A program made the translations under genes and the position numbers. 56,371 nucleotides of DNA from Oscillospiraceae bacterium (GTDB lineage: Bacteria; Bacillota; Clostridia; Oscillospirales; Ruminococcaceae), in assembly GCA_017847995.1 (NCBI GenBank), contig JAGAPB010000024.1, forward strand, positions 1-56,371, written 5' to 3'. Positions 9,500-16,875 of the stretch are shown here, piece after piece (the first letter of the stretch is position 1; each line of letters begins with the position of its first letter). The notes below the pieces were generated by a model. The model ran no database searches. It was not told where the DNA came from and worked only from the letters and a program-made list of their open reading frames with translations.

Positions 9500-9910
9500 T
9501 TAGTTGATCTCTTTTGTTATGGTAAGAATATTTCTGCCGTCTTCATAGGTATAAGCCACATGATCCATCGTCTTTTTTACGAGCAGGATACCCAATCCCC
9601 CAACTCCGCGTTTTTCGGCTGAAAGGGTTGTATCTGTATCCGGCTTTTCCAGAGGATTAAAAGGGTATCCCTGATCCATAAATCGGATCGTGACAGTAGA
9701 GGGGTCGCCATCCACATCCACGCAGATCTCAGCTTCCCCTGTTTTGGGATGATAGGCATAGCTGGAAATGTTGACAAAAATCTCCTCCACAGCCAGGGCA
9801 ACCTGCATTTGGACTTTTACAGGACAGCCGCTCTGCTCCAGATGTTTTTGGATAAAAGCATTGACAGACTCCAATTCCTCTGCCTTCGCGTGAACAACCA
9901 TTTTTTCCAT
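9500..9910 (-). CDS. RsbW/SpoIIAB-like serine protein kinase (HATPase_c_2-type anti-sigma regulatory factor)
   Basis: N-box ALAVEEIFVNISSYAY, D-x-G region FMDQGYPFNPL and G-box RGVGGLGILLVKK. The ATG at 9910 is preceded by ACAGGAGGCGAGTC. Confidence 0.75.
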   Translation of the reverse strand: MEKMVVHAKAEELESVNAFIQKHLEQSGCPVKVQMQVALAVEEIFVNISSYAYHPKTGEAEICVDVDGDPSTVTIRFMDQGYPFNPLEKPDTDTTLSAEKRGVGGLGILLVKKTMDHVAYTYEDGRNILTITKEIN

Positions 9911-10069
9911 GACTCGCCTCCTGTACATATCAAAATAGAAGTAACGCATTGGCCCCCTCTCTTTCGCATTCGGGATGGCTCCTCTGCGCAGCCTTCCGGG
10001 ACCCTTTTGCTAAACTTTTCGAGAGACAAACACGCCTCCCAAACGGATATAGTTTTATATATGCAGGCG

Positions 10070-11662
10070 CTATCTGCTCCGCAAAATATCCAAATCCAAC
10101 CGTTCCAAAGAACCGGACAGTTCTACCAGCTCCATCTGAAGACAAAGAAGGTTGACAGCAGTACCGAAGAACTCCAAAATGACGTTCAACGCAACGGTGA
10201 TGGCAACAGCCTCGATCGGGATGTCCAGCTGAAGGAACAGCATGGTATAGCAGGTCAGTCCACCGCCGGGAACCGGAGGCGCCGCTACCGCAAGAACCAC
10301 CGTGATTAACAGGGCGCTGATCAACCATGCGGGAGAGATCGCCACTTCATAGATTTCCGCCATGCACAGCCCGGCGGACAGGAAGATCACAGCTGCTCCC
10401 GGCATAAAAATCACCTGGCCCAGCGGTACGCCGAAGTTTACAACCTGCCGGTTGATGCCGAGCCGCTTTTCGCAGCATTCCACATTGGTGGAAAAGGCGG
10501 CGGCGGACGAGGCGGTACTCAGGCCAATCAAAAATGTAGGGAGTATTTTTTTCAAAAGGATTGGCAGACGTACCTTCTTTCGGATGCAGACCATGGTTAC
10601 ATAGACAGCCGAAACCAGCAAATGCCCCAAAAGCATGATAGGAAGCAGCTTGTAGGACTGCAGCAAAACAGAAAGGCTTCCGCTCAGAATCATACTGAAA
10701 ATGCTGCAGAAAACGAAAAATGGGATCAGGTTGCTGACTGCTTCCATGATGAGCTGTGCAACGGAATTCAACTGCTCAACAAAGGTGGAAACTACAGCTG
10801 CTTTGTTTCCCATCACCAGCATCGCCAATCCGATCAAAACGGCGACAAAGATGATTTGCAGGGGATTCGCCTCGGTAAAGGGGGTAATTAGGTTATCTGG
10901 GACGATATCCAAAACCATCCGCAGCAGCTCAGACGGATTAAAGGAACTGCCGCCACTGGCTGTCAGAGGGAAAAACAAGAGCATAGCAGCGCCTGCCAGA
11001 AGTGTAAGCAGAACGGACATCATAAGGAAACGCAGAACCATCCGCTTCCCGATTCGGCTCAATGTGGCGGTGTCTCCAATGCTGCAAACGCCCCAAGCTA
11101 CCGAAAGAAAGATCATTGGGCCGGCGATCGCGGTGAGCAGCCCCATAAATGTTTGGAACAGCGGCGCAACCAGTCCATCGGTCAAAAAAGCGCGTAAGCT
11201 TTCTGGAAGCAGCCGGCACAGCAGACCGCACGCAATAGCCAGACCTATCGAAATCGCCAACAGCAGGATTTGGGGCGGCTTTCGCTTTTTGGGAGTAAAT
11301 ACGACCAGATTTACGCCATTTTTGTACTGCCATACAGGGGCGATCCCCATTCCCGCGAGGATGCTCTGCAGAACCTCACCGCCCTCTTCGCTGATTTTAA
11401 GAGGGTCAAGCCGGGGCCCTGGGAAAGACAGCTCTACCCGCGGTCTCCCCAACCGTATCAGACATTTCAGAATACCTTCTCCGTTTTGGCCCAGCGTCTG
11501 CTGATAAAAAAGGAGGGTCTCCTCAACGGCCAGACGAATGCGCAGAATATCCTTTCTGTCTACGCCGGAATCGGCTAAAAAACGCTCTGTGATCTCTACA
11601 GCAGTATTGATGCTTTCATTGGTCAGTAAAACCGATGGGCAGCCTGCCGTTGTTTTTATCAT
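10070..11662 (-). CDS. Dicarboxylate/amino acid:cation symporter (SDF/DAACS family) with a ~125-aa N-terminal degenerate RsbW-like domain
   Basis: SDF motifs STASSAAAFSTN and PPVPGGG, with many TM helices. Residues 1-125 (FLADSGVDRKDILRIRLAVEETLLFY ... LSFPGPRLDPL ... YKNGVNLVVFTPKK) align by eye with the 9500..9910 protein. RBS is CAAGGAGGAAAATT. Confidence 0.8.
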   Translation of the reverse strand: MIKTTAGCPSVLLTNESINTAVEITERFLADSGVDRKDILRIRLAVEETLLFYQQTLGQNGEGILKCLIRLGRPRVELSFPGPRLDPLKISEEGGEVLQSILAGMGIAPVWQYKNGVNLVVFTPKKRKPPQILLLAISIGLAIACGLLCRLLPESLRAFLTDGLVAPLFQTFMGLLTAIAGPMIFLSVAWGVCSIGDTATLSRIGKRMVLRFLMMSVLLTLLAGAAMLLFFPLTASGGSSFNPSELLRMVLDIVPDNLITPFTEANPLQIIFVAVLIGLAMLVMGNKAAVVSTFVEQLNSVAQLIMEAVSNLIPFFVFCSIFSMILSGSLSVLLQSYKLLPIMLLGHLLVSAVYVTMVCIRKKVRLPILLKKILPTFLIGLSTASSAAAFSTNVECCEKRLGINRQVVNFGVPLGQVIFMPGAAVIFLSAGLCMAEIYEVAISPAWLISALLITVVLAVAAPPVPGGGLTCYTMLFLQLDIPIEAVAITVALNVILEFFGTAVNLLCLQMELVELSGSLERLDLDILRSR

Positions 11663-11809
11663 AATTTTCCTCCTTGTTCCGGTGCGGAAACGGTTTGTCT
11701 GACGCCTCCGGAAGCTTTACTTCATTCCATCGATGCAAAGGCAGGATTTGTACCGTCCTTTGGCAGCGCTGCTGCAGAAGGTCAGGTGTTTTTTCGACGT
11801 CACAGGGGA

Positions 11810-12907
11810 TCACTCCAGCCTTAGTTTCATGGTCAACTCGTTTGTAAAGGGCTGTGTATGGGCTTTTCCATAAGAGATCTCTTCGCACAATCCCTTGACC
11901 AGCAGAATGGACAGATCATCCCCCTCTGCCAACGGGTCAAAGGCTGGGCCAGTGTAACGGATGGATATACGGGTATCGTTATTTTCCTCGTTGTATTCCA
12001 CCATCGTATGGATCTGAAATTCCTTTTCCATCCGGGGCAAGAGAGCCTGAATGCAGAGTTCCTCGAAGATGCTCTGCATCCGGCAGATCGTCTTCTGTCC
12101 CATTTCATGCTTGCGGCCAAACTGCTCGATCTGGCTATTAATGCCGATAAAATCATATCCATGGGAATCAATGACAGTTTCAAACACTTTCAGGCGCTGG
12201 ATAAACTGCCGGGTGCGTTCCCGCCGGGGATTGTCAAAAATCTGCTCTGGGGTACCGTCTTCATAGATCTCGCCCTGATCCATATAAAACACACGGGTGG
12301 AAACATCCCGGGCAAATTTCATTTCGTGGGTGACGATCATCATGGTCAGCCCTTGCCGGGCCAGATTGCGGATGACCGACAAAACTTCTCCCACCATAGT
12401 CGGGTCGAGGGCGGAGGTCGGTTCATCGAAAAGGACGATCTCCGGATCCATGGCGAGGGTGCGGGCGATTGCGGCCCTCTGCTTCTGTCCACCCGAAAGT
12501 TCATCCGGGAAGGCCAGAGCCTTGTCTCTCAGCCCCACCATCTGCAACAGCTCCATTCCCCTGTCGCAGGCGTCCTGCCGACTATGGCCCAAAAGGGAAA
12601 CCGGTCCTGTCATAATATTTTCAATGATGTTCATGTGGTTGAAGAGATTAAAGGACTGGAACACCATACCCATCTTGCGCCGCAGAAGATGCACCTTGCA
12701 TTTCGGATCGGTGATTGCCTGCCCATCGATGAAGATCTCGCCCGAGGTAGGCGTTTCCAGCAGGTTCAGGCATCGCAGCAGGGTGGATTTCCCAGTACCG
12801 GAAGGGCCGATGATGGAGATGACCTCCCCCTGTCCGATCTCTGCGCTCACATCCTTCAGCGGCGTGACATTGGGATACTCTTTTCTCAGATGTCGGATCG
12901 AAATCAC
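11810..12907 (-). CDS. Amino-acid ABC transporter ATP-binding protein (GlnQ-like) with a ~120-aa C-terminal degenerate RsbW-like domain
   Basis: Walker A GPSGTGKST, signature LSGGQKQR and Walker B VLFDEPTSALD. The C-terminal extension (ICRMQSIFEELCIQAL ... ISIRYTGPAFDPL ... LSILLVKGL ... NELTMKLRLE) resembles the RsbW-like protein. There is a 4-nt start/stop overlap with the upstream permease gene. Confidence 0.85.
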   Translation of the reverse strand: MISIRHLRKEYPNVTPLKDVSAEIGQGEVISIIGPSGTGKSTLLRCLNLLETPTSGEIFIDGQAITDPKCKVHLLRRKMGMVFQSFNLFNHMNIIENIMTGPVSLLGHSRQDACDRGMELLQMVGLRDKALAFPDELSGGQKQRAAIARTLAMDPEIVLFDEPTSALDPTMVGEVLSVIRNLARQGLTMMIVTHEMKFARDVSTRVFYMDQGEIYEDGTPEQIFDNPRRERTRQFIQRLKVFETVIDSHGYDFIGINSQIEQFGRKHEMGQKTICRMQSIFEELCIQALLPRMEKEFQIHTMVEYNEENNDTRISIRYTGPAFDPLAEGDDLSILLVKGLCEEISYGKAHTQPFTNELTMKLRLE

Positions 12908-15141
12908 GGCAGCTTCACCCCTTTCACCGTTCTGTTCCTCCGGTCAGGCGTCACCCTGCGTTCAATGGGACGCAGCAGAGAGGTAAGCGCCCATGCAATG
13001 ATAAAATACATAACTGCCGTGCTGATAAGAGGGAAAAATGCCTCATAAGTGCGGCTGCGGATGATATCGCTCATCTTGGTCAGATCCTCAACCGCTATGT
13101 ATCCCACCACAGAGGTCATTTTGATCAGGGAGATAAATTCCCCCTTGAAGACCGGCAGGAACTGCCTCGCCGCCTGGGGCATGACGATCTGGAAGAAGGC
13201 GCGGGATGGGGTAAATCCCAATGCCAGCGCAGCCTCTGTCTGGCCGCGATCCACCGACTGGATGCCAGTGCGGATCATTTCGCACACATAGGCTGCCAGA
13301 TTAAGCCCGAATCCGATGACGGCGACCCAGACGCCGCCCAACCCACTGCCGGAAAATACCAGATAAAACAGGATCATCAGCAGCACTACCATAGGCGTAC
13401 CCTGCAGGATGCGGATATAGGTCTGGGCAAACCCTTTTGCCAAAGAAGAACCGGAGAGCTTCATCATACAAAGCCCAAAGCCGAGAACCGATCCTAAAAT
13501 TGTGGCCGACAGAGAAATGAGAACGGTCGTTTTGACGCCCTCCACGATGAGTTTCCAGCGGCTTTCCCGGACAAAGGTTTTTTCAAAGCTCTCAGCCAGA
13601 GAGGTAAAGAAGCCCTTTTCCGGCTCTATCCCCTTGACCATCATTACCGTCCCTCCGGAATAGTCCGGATCGGAAAAATACACGCTTTCGGCCCGTTCCT
13701 CTGTTACAGCGATGCAGGAGGCGGCGATGTTGTACCGTTCCCCCAGACCGGGAATGATTGCAGCAAAGTCCATGTTGTGGATCTCCAGATCATAGCCGTA
13801 GGCTGCGCAGAAACGAGCCGCAATGTCGATTTCATATCCTACGATCTGCCCGTTTGCCAGATAGGAAAAGGGGGGATTCTCCGTGTTGGTCGCCAAATGG
13901 AGGGTACCGTTTTCCCCGGTAAGCCCGGACAGATCGATCACTTTTTTCTCTTCCTCTGGGCCGAACCAGAGACTGTCGAGTTCTGCCAGTGTACCGTCCG
14001 CCCGGAGTCCTGTCAGAAATTCATTCATCTCATCCCGAAGCCTTCCCCCTTCAGGGCTTTTGGGAAAAGCGAAGGCGTAGTCGGTCTCGCTCATCAGCTG
14101 GGGGATATGGGTCACGGCAGGATACTCCAGCTCCATGTAGCGGGCCACCGGCTCGTCCACCATAAAAGCGTCCAGCTGGCCGTTGGTTACCGAATAAGCC
14201 ATGTCCGGGATGTTGTTGTAATATAAAAGCGCCCCTTCCGGGAAGGCTTCCTGAGTCAGCGCGTCAAACACCGATCCTGTAAGGATACCTAAGCGGGTAC
14301 CGGGCACTTCCAGCTCCTCCACCGTTTGATATCGCTGGCCATTTTCTTCCGGCCCGCTCCGCACCATTATCACTGTTTCTGAAAGAAGGTATCCATCAGA
14401 AAAGCCCAGCTTCTCCCGCCGCTCGGGTGTGGCGTTGAGGTTAGCCATAATGCAGTCAATGTCGCCGCTCTCCGCCGCCGCAATGATCCCGCCGTAATCG
14501 TATACGCTGATCTCCACATCAGCGTTCAGCCAATGGGCAAACCGGTTGATCAGCTCAATATCGTAACCCGTCAAGGCAGTCCCTTCATAATAGCTGAAGG
14601 GCTGCACCACTCCGGTGGTTCCTACTCTCAGATGATACTTTGGATTTTCCGCTGTCGGAATATCCGGCATGGTGCTGTCGGCGGACCTTACCCAACGGTT
14701 ATACATCTCATCAAGGGTTCCGTCTGTCCGAAGCTCTGCCAAAAATTCGTTGATCTTGCGGGTCAAATCCGGGATCGTTGTTTTGGGCGAAACGCCCACG
14801 GCAATGTCCATGGGCTCCCCAAGCCTTCCGTCCAGCAGCCTGACGCCATCCACCCCACCGGCGATAGCAAAATCTATCATGATGCGGTCGTAGGCATAGG
14901 CGTCCAGTTCCCCTTGCTGGACGGCGGCAAAGCCGGTGACATGATTGCTGAAAAATCTTATCTCCGCTTCGGGAAGATACTGCTCTACGGCAAACATACC
15001 GGCGGAGCCCTCATCGACCCCTATCGTATACGATTTGTCGTTGAGCTGCTCAATCGTTGTTACAGCCCGTTCTGTCCTTGCGGAGCAGCCGCACAGACAG
15101 AGCAACAGCAGACCGGTAAGGATCAGTCCTTGTTTTCTCAT
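12904..15141 (-). CDS. Fused amino-acid ABC substrate-binding lipoprotein / permease (GlnP-like)
   Basis: 745-aa ORF with a lipobox LLCLCGCS. SBP_bac_3-like segments are followed by a C-terminal polar-amino-acid permease domain (RWKLIVEGVKTTVLISLSA ... EAALALGFTP). Confidence 0.85.
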   Translation of the reverse strand: MRKQGLILTGLLLLCLCGCSARTERAVTTIEQLNDKSYTIGVDEGSAGMFAVEQYLPEAEIRFFSNHVTGFAAVQQGELDAYAYDRIMIDFAIAGGVDGVRLLDGRLGEPMDIAVGVSPKTTIPDLTRKINEFLAELRTDGTLDEMYNRWVRSADSTMPDIPTAENPKYHLRVGTTGVVQPFSYYEGTALTGYDIELINRFAHWLNADVEISVYDYGGIIAAAESGDIDCIMANLNATPERREKLGFSDGYLLSETVIMVRSGPEENGQRYQTVEELEVPGTRLGILTGSVFDALTQEAFPEGALLYYNNIPDMAYSVTNGQLDAFMVDEPVARYMELEYPAVTHIPQLMSETDYAFAFPKSPEGGRLRDEMNEFLTGLRADGTLAELDSLWFGPEEEKKVIDLSGLTGENGTLHLATNTENPPFSYLANGQIVGYEIDIAARFCAAYGYDLEIHNMDFAAIIPGLGERYNIAASCIAVTEERAESVYFSDPDYSGGTVMMVKGIEPEKGFFTSLAESFEKTFVRESRWKLIVEGVKTTVLISLSATILGSVLGFGLCMMKLSGSSLAKGFAQTYIRILQGTPMVVLLMILFYLVFSGSGLGGVWVAVIGFGLNLAAYVCEMIRTGIQSVDRGQTEAALALGFTPSRAFFQIVMPQAARQFLPVFKGEFISLIKMTSVVGYIAVEDLTKMSDIIRSRTYEAFFPLISTAVMYFIIAWALTSLLRPIERRVTPDRRNRTVKGVKLP

Positions 15142-15193
15142 AACTACTCCTTTTTAATATGCAGTTTTGATGATTATACCTACCCGGACAGGG

Positions 15194-15595
15194 TTATTGG
15201 TCGATGGTTTCGTCCATGGCTGAAACTGCTGGTCCCATGCCGCCGGAAACACTTTCCAACGCGTTCTCATACAGTTCGTTGGTCGTCTCCGGATTTTCAA
15301 GTTCCTTTTTCTGATGCATATTCGGTTCCTTCTTTCCGCTCATCGTTTCAAATGGTCTGTCCAGCCATTGCCGCAGTTCTTCCGGAGAGGAGAGTCTGAT
15401 TCTCCGATCGTAGAGGACGGCCAGACCGGCTTGCCATTCTTCCAGAGTGTACCGTTCCGTGGGAATCCGGCGCAGGTGGGTGCACAGCAATCCGGCTTTT
15501 CCAAGAAACTGCAGTTCCTCCAGAGAAAGTCCGCTGCATTCTTCCAAATCAACGAGCAAAGGATCACTGCATTTACGGTTTGATAGTTTTTTCAT
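15194..15595 (-). CDS. Hypothetical protein (133 aa) with a double-glycine-like motif near the C-terminus
   Basis: The ATG at 15595 is preceded by AGGGGGTG (the track ORF starts at 15631). No known domain was recognised. The C-terminal region reads NELYENALESVSGG followed by a 14-aa tail. Confidence 0.5.
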   Translation of the reverse strand: MKKLSNRKCSDPLLVDLEECSGLSLEELQFLGKAGLLCTHLRRIPTERYTLEEWQAGLAVLYDRRIRLSSPEELRQWLDRPFETMSGKKEPNMHQKKELENPETTNELYENALESVSGGMGPAVSAMDETIDQ

Positions 15596-15646
15596 ATGCC
15601 ACCCCCTGGCAAAGTGTTTGGGGATCTTCATTGCGGCTTACGAGGG

Positions 15647-16438
15647 TCATAACGGCAAGAAGCGTTCATAAAGAAATTTGGCGAACTGCGCACTTGTATA
15701 AGCGGCAAATTTTTGATATTCGTCCGATTTTTCCCCGTTGGCATAGTCGCTGACACCCTTAATCACCAATGCGGCAGGTCGTGGATGCACAGCGTGCTCC
15801 ACCGCATATGCGACTGCATAAGATTCCATATCCAAGCCAACCGTATCCGGAAACTGCGAATGAACCTGCTTATCAAGAATTTCCTGATTTGCCACCACCA
15901 TACTGCCGCAAGCCATAGGACCTATACGGACATGGCATTGGTTTTCTGCAGACTCCGCAGCTGACTGTACATATTTTTTGAGCATGGGTTCAAGTCGGAT
16001 CGCCGCCGGCCTGGGAATAAACCCTACGGTGCCAAAGCGAATGTCACTTTCCTGTGGGCCGACGAATTTGCCTGTGACGTAGTTCCAGATCATATCGGCA
16101 ACCACGACATCGCCGTAAAACTGTTCGTCATCGCCGATCGAGGCAATCCCTGCGGCGATTCCGACGGAGATTATATAACGGGGGCGAAACCTTTGGAACA
16201 GCTTCATGGAGAGTACCGCCGCAGCAGTCATTCCCATTTCGCTCTGTTGTGCCAAAACAACAGGACAGCAGGTATGCCCGCGTTCAAATGAGGATACAAA
16301 ATAAGTCTGGGGGTCGCCATCAAACTGCACTTCCTTCCAGCTGGGATAAAGTGCTTTAGCGCCGAAGGTTTCTGTGTCAGTCGCTGTGATCAGAGCGACC
16401 GAATAATCGTACCCACTTAATGTCCTATCTTCTTTCAA
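15647..16438 (-). CDS. PNP_UDP_1-superfamily protein, MTA/SAH-nucleosidase-like
   Basis: 263-aa ORF. Motifs match MTAN-type nucleosidases by eye: N-terminal ALITATDTE, GLDMESYAVAYA (M-E pair) and VIKGVSDYANG (S-D-x-A). Confidence 0.7.
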   Translation of the reverse strand: MKEDRTLSGYDYSVALITATDTETFGAKALYPSWKEVQFDGDPQTYFVSSFERGHTCCPVVLAQQSEMGMTAAAVLSMKLFQRFRPRYIISVGIAAGIASIGDDEQFYGDVVVADMIWNYVTGKFVGPQESDIRFGTVGFIPRPAAIRLEPMLKKYVQSAAESAENQCHVRIGPMACGSMVVANQEILDKQVHSQFPDTVGLDMESYAVAYAVEHAVHPRPAALVIKGVSDYANGEKSDEYQKFAAYTSAQFAKFLYERFLPL

Positions 16439-16509
16439 GAATCAAACCACCCTTCTTTTCTGCTGCTTTCATTATAAAATCGGTAAAAGGCTTTTCAATG
16501 CTTTTGTCC

Positions 16510-16565
16510 AAAATGTGACGAGCCAGTGACTTTTCAGAAGAAAAATCACTGGCTCGTCACATTTT
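16510..16565. repeat. Perfect 20-bp inverted repeat with a 16-nt spacer (bidirectional terminator-like or operator)
   Basis: aaaatgtgacgagccagtga (16510-16529) and tcactggctcgtcacatttt (16546-16565) are exact reverse complements. The A-tract / stem / T-tract layout is symmetrical. Confidence 0.7.
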
Positions 16566-16875
16566 CCTGATTTACGACACAGTTCGCTTTGATGTCGCTA
16601 TAATGAAAATCAGGGACGCACGGGTATCTGTTCCACCAACCGAACGCTTGGAAAACATTTGGTCAGGTCTTGTGGTCACTATTTTGATTACAGCTGCGGA
16701 AATGCTTCTGGCTACAACTCTGTGCCCAATCGGAATTCTTCTGCCGGAAACACAGAACTAGCAGGGGTAACCGGCTATAAGGCTGCGACTGCTGCGTTCT
16801 AAAACAAAACGGATAGAGTATACCAATGACCACAACGGCAATCATTTAAAATTTCTTATGTAAACGGGGGCTCTT

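Noticed and set aside
2464-16438. Detocs-like defensive two-component system (histidine kinase + receiver + PNP effector).
   Set aside because: The PNP-fold protein has no receiver domain and lies about 9 kb from the response regulator. That regulator is an ordinary OmpR-type DNA-binding protein, and the kinase has a 7TMR-DISM sensor typical of environmental sensing.
16566-16875. Known riboswitch (c-di-AMP/ydaO, c-di-GMP, T-box) in the cstA leader.
   Set aside because: I could not match any conserved core motifs of these classes by eye. It is kept only as an unexplained long leader in the findings.
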